From Octopus sinensis (Eukaryota): a DNA stretch of 64,000 bases. A program made the translations under genes and the position numbers. Location: positions 80,352,001 through 80,416,000 of the forward strand of contig NC_043003.1 in NCBI RefSeq assembly GCF_006345805.1, written 5' to 3'. Numbering within the stretch: position 1 is the first letter of the stretch; each line of letters starts with the position of its first letter. Shown piece by piece: positions 1 to 12,621 of this stretch. The notes beneath the pieces were generated by a model. It saw only the letters and a program-made list of their open reading frames with translations, did no database searches and was not told the DNA's origin.

Positions 1-235
1 TGAATATTTTTTTTAGTCCGGAACTTATATTTTTTTATGTAGTAACAAATATCTTATCATATTGGATTTCTCTGCTATTAAATTAGAGTAAATCTATTAA
101 AAAAATCTGTGCATTGCATTGCACAGCCAAGTCTTAATAGATTCGTAGGGGATGCACTTGTGACATACGATTTATGTTATGCATATAAACCCGTCGGAGA
201 CCAACATTCTGTGGGTCTAATCGCAACCAATTTTT

Positions 236-244
<9 letters not shown>

Positions 245-308
<64 letters not shown>
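245..308. repeat. (AG)n microsatellite
   Basis: Uninterrupted AG dinucleotide run. Confidence 0.97.
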
Positions 309-312
<4 letters not shown>

Positions 313-1346
313 GAAGAGAGATATGCCCTAATCTTAATGTTGGAGGAATTCAAGTATTTGCTCTCTAGGAACTACATATTTTTTCGTGTATGACATTGTA
401 TAGTATTAATAACACATATTACTCACGAAAAGGCATTGCGTAGGATTATACGCCTTATGTAGTGGCAGAGGGCTCTTTGTAGTAGTTTAACGCAGATACT
501 ATTCTGATCAATGAATGATATGATGAAAAGAGGCCCAGCTGTAAATGCTCTTTCAGACAGGACTGTTCCAAGTATTATTATGTCGATGAATTGGATTATC
601 TACCTGTTAAATTAAGGTAAATTTCGCACTTGTAATTATTGAGCTAACAATCGCGATGTACGACAATCATTGCAATATGTGATAAAAACGGACACTGGGA
701 TTCTGTACAACTTTGTGGGTTACCAGAAAAATAGAGTTCCACGTTATTCTGAGCATTAGGGTTGCAGGTACATCTTCCGTATTGACAAGCATGTATCTTA
801 GGTACTAGACTTACCTTACGTTCTAATACCCAAGAACAGTGGATTTCGAACACATTAATCAATGTTTATTGCATATTCCAAAGAGTTTAGCAATAGTTTG
901 AAGCAAATTTGCTTGCTATGTCAGTGATATCAAGATGCAATGCAGAAACACTTGTGGGAGAGATTACATTTATACTTGTTTCAACTGTGAATTTTACCAC
1001 TTTAATCACCTTGTTTATTACTGTAGGAAGCTAATAATTGCAAGGAGTAGAGATGTTTATTTTGTTGTTTACATATCAACACTGACTCTTATTCACATTC
1101 ACCATATCAAACGAAATATTAGGAATACTATATTTTTAGTTAGTCAGAATTTCCAAATTTTGCCAGATAAAGTCGGAATTTCCTGATTCAGCAATATATA
1201 AAAATATTTTAGTATAACATACTACCTTTCCTTTCAGGTCCTAGGTATTTTGTGATAAAGAAATAAACTACAATTTCTTTTTTTCTTTTCTTCTGTGAAA
1301 GATATAACTGTTAGTATGTAAAGATGTGACCAGCGTCGGAAATGAT

Positions 1347-1349
1347 GAT

Positions 1350-1398
<49 letters not shown>

Positions 1399-1507
1399 TG
1401 TGTGTATTTGTGTGAGTGAGTGTGTATGTATGAGGCTATGCATGTATGTGTGTACATAAATATACATAGATATGAATACACAGACATATATGAATATGTA
1501 AACATGC

Positions 1508-1566
<59 letters not shown>

Positions 1567-1640
1567 TGTAAACACACACACATGCATATATGTATGTAAG
1601 TATGTATATATGTATGTATATGTATATGTATGTGTGTATG
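1347..1640. repeat. Compound (TA)n/(TG)n/(TATG)n microsatellite
   Basis: Visible runs; explains the low-complexity ORFs (YIYI, HTHT) here. Confidence 0.95.
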
Positions 1641-1898
1641 TGAATTCCAAATTGGTCATCAAATCGCACCTTTCTATTTTCCTCGTTTTGTCTTCCGAAT
1701 ACTTTCCATTTAATTTAATTTAATTTTTCCATAAAGGGATTCCTCCTGAACATTAAATTCTTTTTCGTCTATTACCGTATCTAATTAGATTGTGCATTTT
1801 TTGTTGTTTTTACCCCCTTTTCTACGCTTTTTTCACTCTATTTTGCACGTATTATTTATCTTCACTCAGTTTCATTATCTCACACGTGTCATACTTAG

Positions 1899-1903
1899 AC
1901 ACA

Positions 1904-1936
<33 letters not shown>

Positions 1937-1980
1937 CACACACACACACACACACACGAACACACACAGACACACACATA
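1899..1980. repeat. (CA)n microsatellite
   Basis: Visible CA run. Confidence 0.95.
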
Positions 1981-4214
1981 CCAAAATAGTTATGTGTTGT
2001 GAAATAAGTAATTCTCTTCAGCTCATCAATAGCTGAGAAGCTGCATTGTCACTGAGATATTTATATATTTCATTCGGCAACACGGGGTAAATTTTGCTTA
2101 TTCTCCTTTTATGGTACAATTCTACAAATTTCGTGTCACATGACGTTGGATGCAAATGACATCTTATTAGCTTTCAGCTCGCAGGAAAGAGCTGAGCATC
2201 AAATTTAAACCGAAGTCAAATTTATATTAAATTCTAAAAGGTTCTTCTCCAATCACCTCTAATGGTATGAACATTTATGCTGGTGCAGTTAACTTTTGAG
2301 TAATACCTGTGTGAATCCGATATATCTAGTTAAATTATTGTTTCACAAACAACAATAAGATATACAGCACTAATTTTGTGATCGTTTATATTGGACGCAC
2401 ATCCATATTACGCCAGTTGCATATCACTTCCTTCTGCTCTTGATTTAGTCAGAATAATTTGACAATTTTACTTTAGATGACACAAGAAATGTTATTAATG
2501 CAGCTGCAACTCATCTTTATGTTGTAATGATTGAACAGCTGACGGAATTTGTAGCCGATCTGTAAATGTCTGTTGATGCGGGAGAGGAAATTTCATGCAA
2601 CACCAGGTTTTACATCAATGTAATATGGAAGTTTATCCGTCGTTCCAAGATTGAATTGGGCAAGATTGTTTTGTGTTCGCGTATAATTAATGTAAAATAT
2701 ATTTACTGCCTCTGCCTAAATCGCTTTCAGTTTTATTCATGAATACTGGATAAAACACCATCAGTTACCACTGTAAAGGACACACTAACACGGTTGGTTG
2801 CCTTGCTAGAAATAACAACCGTATCTCCTTCAAGCCAACTTTACAATCTTTAAAAGGGTAAGATCTTTGTATAATATAGTCACAGATGTATATATATAGT
2901 GAGATGATCTCAGTCGCAAGCTCGTCGGAAACATATCTGCTCGGTCAGGGTTGCTCTAGTGTTAAGCAACGACATATATCTCATCTCTTCCTTTGTATAT
3001 CTATAGCTGTCACCATCTTCCAATTGAACAGAAAATAAATAGTAGCTTAATTCAGTGACTCTTTCTAAAAGTTCCAACATATGAACATTTCAAACAATCA
3101 TTCCTGATCGGAGATGACTGCCATTTGATGTCAGAAATATATTCGTGTCTCATTTAAATCATTCAGCAGTTACCCTCCATCGCTATTCAGCCTGACGTCA
3201 ATGCAGACGATCATAAGTTTCAATGCATTACACTATTAGCTACCTATTCGGATTTTATTATAGGAGCCAAGAATAAATGTGATTCACTTAAGGTACGGAA
3301 TAGTGTACACATAGTTACCCAAAATGCAATAAACAGCATAGTAGACAAAACCCTCTCAAATCCCTAATTAAGGTATTTGATAATATACTCCTTGATATAC
3401 TTCCTTTCATATAAGCCGGTGTGTGCTAGATGAAAAACCCTTAGACCAAAGATCAGTATTTTAGGAGTAAAGGTCAAACGAATTAAATAGCAATATATTG
3501 TGGGTGAAAATGTTCAAAGAATATTAAATAATTAACAACTGTATATGATTTATTTTCATTGAATAATTCTTTGCAAGTATCTTAAAATCTAGAAACAGGC
3601 GTACTTATATTACCCTCCAAAACATCCTTCCATCTTCTAATTTCAGTTGAATGTCTGTACCTCGAATATTCGACGTTTCTAGGGCTTAGACCTGCTTTTT
3701 GATACTTATGTTAATAAATATGCTAATATTCACTTAACTATACATGGAGATGACTCCGCTGAATTATATGCATATTTATTCTTGCATGAATATATAATTC
3801 ATATTTTTATGCACACACACACAAACACACACACACACATACACACATACACACACACACACACACGCACACACACACTTACACACTGTGCATAACTGTC
3901 GAAGTCAGAGAATCAAGACCCAAATAGATCGATAGTGATATCTCTAACCATCTCAATTGAACCTGGATTTCTTTGATACGTTAGGAAACTGGAGGAAAGC
4001 ATGGGAAATCTTTTACGTCACATATATTTTATCACATTAGGTAAACAAAACAATATCGCAGGTATTCGCATCCAATTGAATCTAGATGACTAATCGTATT
4101 TGGCTGTGCTTATGAAGATTTTTACTTGTAAATTGTCTTTTCGCTACCCAATAACATTTCTTGTAATAATTAATTGTATAAAAGAACAAACTTCTCCTCT
4201 TAATAATAACGATA

Positions 4215-4467
4215 ACTGCAATAGTGATATTTCTCCACTTTCTCACTTCTGTGAAAGATATAACTTGCGTTCCCACTGTGAAACAATATCGACAATAATT
4301 GCTTTGTTATTTGTTCCTACGACAACAATATCAGGTTTTCTAGGCTCAGTAAAATGGTCACACTGGGTGGTCACAAGACCTTTTATTGTTCGTGTTTAGC
4401 AACCCTTTCCGCCTGGTGCTCATACAGTTTCTCATTTCTGCTCTTTTCATACTTATGACAGAGCGCC
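4215..4467 (-). mobile_element. R4/Dong-clade non-LTR retrotransposon, 3' RLE fragment (subfamily X)
   Basis: Manual translation across frameshifts: ALCHKYEKSRNEKLYEHQAERV..QCDHFTEPRKPDIVVV..IIVDIV..EKVEKY, matching the LC.KY..WYEH / QCDH..RRPDIVVV / EKVEKY motifs of RLE-type LINEs. Confidence 0.75.
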
Positions 4468-6811
4468 ACAGTTTCTGTTCAAGTTTTAGTTTGGATTTAA
4501 GTTGTTCTACAGCTTTTGTTGTTTCTTCTTTTTCTTGAAAGTTTTTAGGTGCTATGACATATTTTTTTGCTTTTTTTTTGGCAGTTTCCTTAAAATCTGA
4601 AACCATTTTTTTTTGTTTTGTTCGTGTTTTTTTTTGTTATTTGAATTTTTTTGTTATTTATTTTCCTTGCGACTGAGGTAGGTATTTCTGTGGTTGTTAT
4701 TTTGTAATAGTTTTCTAGCTGTAAAAGGCCTCTACCATCTGCCATACGTTGTATACGTAACTTTTCTATATCAGATTTTGGGTAGTGCATCCGAAACCCT
4801 GTCATTATTTTTCTTGTTTTCCTGTTGCAGCTGTAACGTATAACTGGGACGGCTACAGTATTGATACCTATTACCTTTCTTTTGCATTGAGCTCTGTTTT
4901 CAGTATTAATCTAATTCGTATATAGTATTCTTTTCTCACCTTCTCTTTGATGTTTGTGTTGTATCGTTTATTGATTCCTAAGTATTGCATGTCTAATTCT
5001 CTTATTTCATTTGTTTTATCTAGTGTGATGTTGCTACTATTAACTAGTTTTCCTCTTTTCAAGGTTGCTTAATCACATTTTTCTCAGTCAAATTTCATTA
5101 TTATTTCTTTCGTAAATCCATGTACTCTCTGTAGTAATGTTTCCAGTTGTTTATCATTTGTAGCGTACAGTTTTAGATTATCCATATATAATAGGTAGCT
5201 AATTGCTTTGTCATAGCAGTTGTATCCACATCCAGTTCTGTTTAGTATGTCAGATAAATGTGTCAGTGCAAATCAGAAAAGGAGTGGATAGAGTGTGCCG
5301 CCCTGGGGTGTTCCTCTTCTAATGGGGATGACTTTGGTCTTTATGAGTCCCTCTTTTCTCTGGAGTTGTAGAACTGTCTGCCTTTTATTCATGGAATATT
5401 TTATGATTATTGGTGCCAACTTGTTCATGGCTTGTGTTTCAAGGATAAATGTGTGGGAAATGCTATGAAAAGACTCTCTGTAATCGATCGAGGCCATACC
5501 CTTTTTCTTTCTGCGTCTGTCTTCAGTTATGGCTTTATTGATCAGTAGCTGATCATTAGAGCGGTATGAGCACTTGTAGCATCCCTCCTTATCTTGTTGA
5601 AACAGGTTGTTTTCTTTCAGATGCTTACTCATTCTCTGCAATATTATTGCAGTAAAGGCTTTGTAAATCGTATGGAGACAAGGTATCAGTCTGCAATTTT
5701 GTGGTTTTGCCGTTTCAGTGGATATGGGAATTGGGATAGTTTTCTTTTCTGTGAGCCATTCAGGCAATATCTCTGGCTATGCTAGTATCTCATTAAAATT
5801 CTCAGCCAGGTTTTTATGTATTCCTGGTAGGTATTTTAACCAGAATTCGGGGATCTTGTCATGCCCGAGTGCCTTCCACTTGCTTAGATTTTGCAGTCTG
5901 TGGTTGACCTTTTGAGTAGTTTTAGGGGTACAGAGTTGATCAAATTCTGTCTTCTGTGTGTTGATAAATCTTTGCTCAGGTTGTTCCTTCACCGACCATA
6001 TTTCTTTATTTTATTTTTGCAAAGTTCTTGGTAGAATCTTTTGGGGTTGGAGCTGAAATGCTTGTTTTGTTCGAAGAAACGTTGGCGTTTATCATCCCAG
6101 CGGATTCTTTGTGCTTTGGTGAAGATATCTTGCTTTAGCTGTTCTTTTATCTCAGATAATTTTGTATTTATGTTGTATTTTTCTTCTCTAGTCGCTGATT
6201 GTCTACTAGTTTCATTAAGGATTGACAGATTCCTTCTCTTAATATTCTATTTTGTTCTGGACGCTATTTATCCACAGAGTCTGTCTGGGTGGCGATACTC
6301 CTGTCTGGATGGATTTGAGGGGTTATCCAGCTTCTTTGTTGCAACAGAGGATACTGCATATATTATATTATTTAGCCTGATCATATTGACACTTGTTTCT
6401 GTAGCTATTATTTCTGTGGCGGCCAGGTTCATGCTATTTATTATTGATGTTGTTTTATTATGAATTTTAATTTTGGGAGGTACAATAGGTGGTCCATACT
6501 GAAATCTGTGTTTTTAAATTCTCTGATTATGCTCATATTTAGAGTATCATAATCAGTAATTTCACCTTCACTGTTTCCATGTTTTAGATTTGCTTCGTAT
6601 TCCCTCCTTTTATATTTTTGTCTGTGGTGTTCTGGTTTAGTGCATTTTGCTCATCATTATACATTCCTATGGTTTGGGTTTGCTGTCCTTCTTTGTTTAC
6701 TTCGTTTTTGTTAGACATGTTACGTCTGTCTTCGTGTCTTACAGTTCCATTGCTCATGATATTATTTGGCATCACTGTGTGGTTGCTATTTATGCTTTCC
6801 TGATGATATTT
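4468..6811 (-). mobile_element. R4/Dong-clade non-LTR retrotransposon, N-terminal + RT region, degraded (subfamily Y)
   Basis: ORFs 5777-5992 (KWKALGHDKIPEFWLK), 5273-5767 (PEWLT..NDQLLINKAI..IDYRESFHS..IRRGTPQGGTLYPLLF = RT motifs), 4871-5062 (QYLGI..RIRLILKTELNAK) and 4590-4805 (MHYPKSDIEKL..GRGLLQLE). Many stops and frameshifts. Confidence 0.93.

Positions 6812-6843
<32 letters not shown>
6812..6843. repeat. (ATC)n microsatellite / LINE tail between two R4 segments
   Basis: Perfect ATC run at the junction of a LINE 3' UTR and the next LINE 5' region. Confidence 0.95.
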
Positions 6844-7677
6844 TACAGTGGTTCTACGGCATTTTGTATATACAACGCTCAGCTGTTTTCCTTCGATACT
6901 ATCCTTTAACATCTCCGCCCCTCTGGACAAGTACATCCGACCTGTAGAGTACATGTTGTCGCTGTAAGTTATTTTGTGGATATTTACTGTAAGGTGTGTC
7001 TGGTATTTGTTGAATAGTATAATTGGTGTGTGCTATTGAATTGATACTGCCTTGCGTAGGAAGTAAACTGTTCCTAGTGGGTCTATTTTGGGGCAGCGTG
7101 TAGCGTTGAGGGTTCAGATATGGATTCTAGGTTTTTGTTCATACATATTTTTTCATATTCATGTTCCAGTTATTTCTCGTATTGTACCTCTATACCCAAC
7201 AAGTTGAATACTTCACCTTCGAGATGTTTGTACATTGATAGTTTCACAACTTTGATTTGTTTCACAACTTAAAGCAGGAACAGTTCCTGCTTTAAGATGC
7301 CACGTCTTTTGTATTTCAATTTCCAGGTCCTTATATTTACTTAATTTGTCAAATTCCTCTACAGATATATTTTTATTAGTAGGAACATTTATATCTATTA
7401 GTTTACAAGTATTTTCTTCCATGTCATTAACTATTATGCCTGGATCGTTCTGTTGGTATTGACTGGAAAATCTCATAGGATAATGATATTTTTACCGTCA
7501 ACAACTGGATCAGGATGATGTTCATACCAGTAAGCAGGAGTGATGATTTTATAGTGTTTACATATTTTCCAATGTAAATACTGTCCTACCCTATCGTGGC
7601 GATTTCTGTATCCGTTTGGTGTCAGCACAGGAATCCTGTGACGAGATGGCCTATTGTTTCGTGAAATGTATCGCAGT
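6844..7677 (-). mobile_element. R4/Dong-clade 3' end: zinc knuckle remnant, RLE endonuclease and 3' UTR (subfamily Y)
   Basis: CDTFHETIGHLVTG..RHDRVGQYLHWKICKHY..WYEHHPDPVV; ORF 7213-7476 IIVNDMEENTCKLIDINVP..FDKLSKYKDLEIEIQKTWHLK (PD-(D/E)xK RLE); ends LGTVYFLRKAVSIQ* near 7036, then a UTR running into (GAT)n. Confidence 0.9.
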
Positions 7678-8147
7678 CATCCATAACCATCTTTTTTTCT
7701 GTCTGTCTTATCTTCAACATCCCTATTAAATTGTCGATGCATTATTTTTCTATCCACCTATTTTCAATTGCATTTATTCTCAAGACCTTGTATAGTGCTT
7801 TATCTTTGAAATCTTCCTTCCTACACAAGCCTAACATTCTTAGTTCCAATTATAGCGGTTCTGTGGAATTTTCTACATGCCATACTCTGTTGTTTTCGTC
7901 TACTCTAATAGTGTGTTCGCATCAAATCAGTCCTCTTCCCTCTCTTTTCCTTGGTACATACAATCTGTCTGTGTCACGTTTTGGGTGGTGTATCCCATAT
8001 TTAGTCAGTAACTTTCTTGCCTGTCTGTCTAAACTGTTTAGTTCGTCTACTGTCCATACGATTACCCCCGCCCCGTATCTAACTAGTGAAACCGCCCTGG
8101 TGTTGATAGCTTCAATCGTATTCCGTCCGTTAAATTTCGACTTAAAG
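7678..8147 (-). mobile_element. R4/Dong-clade 5'-truncated post-RT (thumb) segment (subfamily X)
   Basis: ORF 7922-8173 FKSKFNGRNTIEAINTRAVSLVRYGAG..HHPKRDTDRLYVPRKREGRGLI, continuing ENSTEPL..MHRQFNRD..RWLWM. Confidence 0.9.
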
Positions 8148-8174
8148 ATCATCATCATCATCATCATCATCATC
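8148..8174. repeat. (ATC)n microsatellite at LINE 5' truncation point
   Basis: Perfect ATC run abutting the LINE coding sequence. Confidence 0.95.
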
Positions 8175-8470
8175 TTCAGGAGAAGTATTCTGTTGCATGC
8201 TCAAGTGATGAGAGGCTGTTTCTTTCTAAAGCGAATAAATTTTGTACACGCAGAGACATGTACAGAAGGCTAGTCTTTAGAGATATAACGCATAGACACA
8301 GATGAGAGGCTGCAGCTCTAAAATTTAGGTTTTGATCTCCGGTAAACCATCGTAGAAATTGAAACTTAAACGATATGTTACTTCATTTGAAAACACCGTT
8401 GTTAATGTTAGACCTGATGCTCCATACAATATGAATGCACAAAAAACACGCAAAAAACATGTACATATAT

Positions 8471-8702
8471 ATTTCTTTACTACCCACAAGGGGCTAAACA
8501 CAGAGGAGACAAACAAGGACAGACAAACGGATTAAGTCGATTACATCGACCCCAGTGCGTAACTGGTACTTAATTTATCGACCCCGGAAGGATGAAAGGC
8601 AAAGTCGACCTCGGCGGAATTTGAACTCGGAACGTAACGGCAGACGAAATACGGCAACGCATTTCGCCCGGCGTGCTAACGTTTCTGCCAGCTCGCCGCC
8701 TT
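8471..8702 (-). mobile_element. tRNA-derived SINE, family 1 (GGCGGCGAGCTGGCAGAA head), tail type 1; young copy
   Basis: Minus strand: A-box-like head, B-box GAGTTCAAATTCC, body GGTCGACTTTGCCTTTCATCC, tail GCCCCTTGTGGGTAGTAAAGAAAT. Close copy at 38883-39098 (+). Confidence 0.9.
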
Positions 8703-10029
8703 AAAAACATGTAAATATGTTTATATATACCATGCGTCATGGAAAATATATTTCTCTCGTGATTTATATGGTGTTTGAAAACCTTAATTGGAGAAACTAA
8801 TACAATTATCACTAATTAATGTAAGGAATCGTTTACTGTCACACCAACTTGTACAAAAGAGCTAAATTATATTGTTAAATTGTCACCCGGAAACGATTTC
8901 TAATATTTCATAATAACGCTAATGATATTAAGAATATTTTGCACATAGAAAACATTCTTTATATAGTTATTTTTAATTTGATAAATATAATTATTGTGAA
9001 ATTGAAACATTTATTACGTTAATTATCTATTTGAATTGCTTAAAAATTGAATTTGATATCTAGGTCTATTAATACTGAATATATGTTTGTTTCTTTTCAT
9101 CAACGTTTAAATGGGATAAATTTTCAAATATAGCGATATGACCATCTTGAACACATAATCCCAGAATGAACGTTGAAGATCTTTGGAGATTTGAGCTCAT
9201 GTTTTACACTTTCTCAGTTATAAAAATTCAGTTTTCTTACACATAAAACATTTATCTTTCCTTGAACGTGAAACTGATTTCTTTTTAGGTGTACAAAGAT
9301 TAAATTTAAGTAAGTTTCATAAATATATATATATTTGAAAATCCAGGGCAAATGAAAGATAAAGCAAGTTCATCAAAGTTTTCAAGCGGAGAGTCAGAAA
9401 CTAAAGATGACAATTTATTTCATAAATAACACAAGCAAACATGAATCTCTTCATAAGGCAATGGGAAGGCTCAAGTACATACACACTTATATATTCACTT
9501 AATACAAACTATGCAAGTATTTTAGTACCTATATTCACACGGTGTATACAACCTCATTCAGGCACCCTACCTCATATTATGCCTCTCTATATCTTATACA
9601 TTATTGAATCTCCTCTCTGAATCCCAAGACGAAAGCAAAATGATATTCAATAATATTTAAATATGGTTCGAGAGTGCATCTTTTGTTAGCATAAAATAAT
9701 TTCTATTTCAATGTAATAGAAAAAATCAATACCGATATTTCTACCGCCTTACGACCCAACGATGATATTGGATTTTCTTTATAATGTTGCCCTCATGTCA
9801 TGTTGCTTCTTACTTACCTCACTTTAACTTTCATTACTAAAAGTTATTGTTTTCATCAAGCTGCATAAATTGCTGGATTCCTGCAGCTAACCGAAAGCAT
9901 CTATTCTTTTGCCTCATATATATTGGTGATCTTTTATTTTATGTAGTAACTGAAGGAAGGCTAAAATATCTGTTTGATGTTCTAAGCCTGAAAAGTTGAT
10001 CGCTAAAGTTGAAAAGCAATAATCTATAT

Positions 10030-10092
10030 ATATCTTTATATATATATACATATATATATACATACATATATACATATATATATATACACATA

Positions 10093-10158
<66 letters not shown>

Positions 10159-10340
10159 TATACGTATGTATGTATATGTATATATGTATATATACGTGAA
10201 TACATATATGTATACTTCTGTATTTACACATATATTTGTATGTATGTATGTGTATGTATCTGTATAGATATTTATAAATATGAACGTGTGTGTATTTGTA
10301 TATATAAATCTTATATCTATTAATCTATCTATCTATTTAT
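10030..10340. repeat. Compound (TA)/(TC)/(TATG) microsatellite
   Basis: Visible runs. Confidence 0.92.
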
Positions 10341-10775
10341 CTGTGTGTCGATTTCTTTTTCTTTATTTTCCTTATTCTTTTTCAATCTCTTCCTGTTCTT
10401 CTATTCTCTACGTTTTCGTTATTTCTTATCTACACCTCTTTCTTTCGCTGCTCTTTCTTGTCTTACCTTCATTCTTTTTCGCCTCTTTCTTCTTATCCCT
10501 CTTCCTTTCACCCCGATATTTTGTTCCTTGCCTCGCTTACTACACTTACTTTTTTTATACTTTCTTCCCAACATCACACACATGACTCAAATGTTATAAT
10601 AATATATAAATGTGCATAGCCCTTATATTTTCCAGTGACAACTTGCCTCGAGATCCAGTGTGCCTACAGTTGAAACTCGAATGGTAAAGATGATTCGGAC
10701 ACAATACAGCATAACAAATCTCTACCAGGGCAGTGAGTAAGTCTTATTAATACTTCAAATATATGTATATCATTA

Positions 10776-11246
10776 TCTTTTACTTGTTTCATTCATTAGA
10801 AAGCAGCCATGCTGGGGCACCGCCTTGGAGAATTGTAAGTCGAATGAATCGACCTCAGTAGTTTTTTTCTTAAGCCCGGTACTTATTCTATCGTTGTCTT
10901 TTGCCGAATCTCTAACACACGGAGACGTAAATACAACACCATCGGTTCTCAAGCGGTTGTAGGGGACAAACACAGACATAAAGACACAGAAGTACTTACA
11001 GACACACACACGCATACCCCCGCACACACACACACGCATACACACATACATACATAGAAACATACATACATACTTATATACATAAAATGGGCTTCTTTCC
11101 GTTTCCGTATATCAAACTCACTCAAGATTTTAGTGAATCGGCGGCTATAGTAGAAGGCACTTGCCCAAGGTGCCACGCAGAGTGACTGAACCTCAAATGA
11201 TGTGGTTGAGAAGCAGACTTCTTCCTACACTACCACGACTGCGTCT
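10776..11246 (-). mobile_element. tRNA-derived SINE, family 2 (GGCACCTTGGGCAAGTG core, internal microsatellite)
   Basis: Homologous to the + copy at 51694-52091: head, GGCACCTTGGGCAAGTGCCTTCTACTATAGCC core, central (TG)/(TA) tract, tail GGCGGTGCCCCAGCATGGC..GAAACAAGTAAAAGA. Confidence 0.88.
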
Positions 11247-11279
11247 ATGCTTCTTACCACGCAGCTACGTTTCCCTTGC

Positions 11280-11995
11280 AGTGACAACCATGACTTTGAG
11301 ACTCAGTCTCAACTCATGCCTCACTATTTCATCTTTCGTGATATCCTCTCACCGCTATCGACACAACCCTTGCCAAAGCACGTTCCGTGGACCGTGCGTC
11401 TGCTCTCTCTCTCCACGCACCCGCCCTGCCGTTGACCGTGTCCCGTTTTCTCTCACTTGCCAGCCATTCAACGCACTAGTCTCCGAGCCTTCCGGTGACT
11501 CCAGTCCGACCTCCACCTCGCACATCTTTCACAACCTACCTCCTGGTCCACAATTTCTTCCCTAGCCCCCACCTAACAACCTGGCTCGTTTTCGTGCTTC
11601 CGCCCAGGCTGTCGCACTTGCCGCTACCTCTCGAATACAACTATCCTCACGGGCACCCATCATTCTCTTTATTATATCACCGATTTACCTGCACTTCTAG
11701 CAACGTTATTTACCGCATCTCCTGCACTGTCTGCCCTTCTTTGTAGATCGATGAAACAGGACGCCACTCGGCTGGCCGATTCGCAGAGCACCTCCGTGAC
11801 ATCAGACACGGCAATGACACCTCGGTCTTGCGCCATTTCCGCTCTAGCGGTCATTCACTACAACACTTGTCTGCGTTCAGATTGTCTTTGCACAGGGGCT
11901 ATCCGGAATTCCGCTTTCACCGTGAACTGGAATTAATCTTCTCACTTCGCTCCTTTGTGCCACATGAGCTTAATTTCCCTAATCTCTTCACTTGA
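11280..11995 (+). mobile_element. Penelope-like element, C-terminal GIY-YIG endonuclease fragment
   Basis: FTCTSSNVIYRISCTVCPSL*IDETGRHSAGRFAEHLRDIR..RHFRSSGHS..ELELIFSLRSFVPHELN, preceded by DRVPFSLT..PTSTSHIF; typical of PLE GIY-YIG ends. Confidence 0.88.
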
Positions 11996-12583
11996 CTCCC
12001 CTCCTCTCTTCTCTTCTGACACCTACTTCCTCTCTTCACACCTCCCCACCTTCTCTCTTCATTGATTCCCCCTCACTCACACCCACACCTACACTCCCAC
12101 TCCATATCTCCACCCTAGCCTCAGTTTCCAACACCACATCTCCACTCCTACCGCATCGTCACCCTATCCCACCCTCAAAGTTCATCACACGCCACCACCA
12201 CACCACCTCACCCACACCGCTCCACACACACTAGCACTGAAAACTGCCTTGCACCCATACCACACACAATCGTCTGCGTACCCACATACAATCATCCGCA
12301 CACCCACAGACCATCATCCACATACCCACACATTACAGACGGCCACAAAGTCACACACACTTACACGTGCAAACATCAATACGTCAAAGTTACTAGCGCT
12401 GTCCACACACACTCGCACGTTCTCACATACACACACGCACGCGGACCTCCGTTTTGGGACCACCAATGCTTTATTATCTCCCCTTTTTTCTACTTCTCCT
12501 GTCAAACTTCTTTTTTACCAACCATTCACCATGCTTGATCACGAACTCCCCAATTTCGTTTTCATTTTATCACTGTTTATCTT

Positions 12584-12621
12584 AATTTCTGTTGAAGAGC
12601 GTAGGCTCGAAACGTTAAATT
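12584..12621 (+). ncRNA. Minimal type I hammerhead-like motif in PLE terminal repeat (core variant CUGUUGA)
   Basis: AATTT-CTGTTGA-A-GAGC(GTAG)GCTC-GAAA-CG-TT-AAATT: 5-bp stem I, 4-bp stem II, ACGT palindromic stem III; A6 replaced by U. Confidence 0.55.

Noticed and set aside
1234-2002. Many ORFs rich in YIYI/HTHT/CVCV (also near 10.0, 21.3, 27, 28.3-29.9, 42.2, 46.5 and 57.7 kb)
   Set aside because: Translations of di- and trinucleotide microsatellites; no coding signal.
2478-2565. Possible exon after TTTTACTTTAG reading DTRNVINAAATHLYVVMIEQLTEFVADL
   Set aside because: Ends in a stop with no good donor and has no recognisable homology.
6799-6820. CTGATGA next to the (ATC)n tract
   Set aside because: Part of the microsatellite edge (TGATGATATTTATCATCA); no GAAA or stem architecture.
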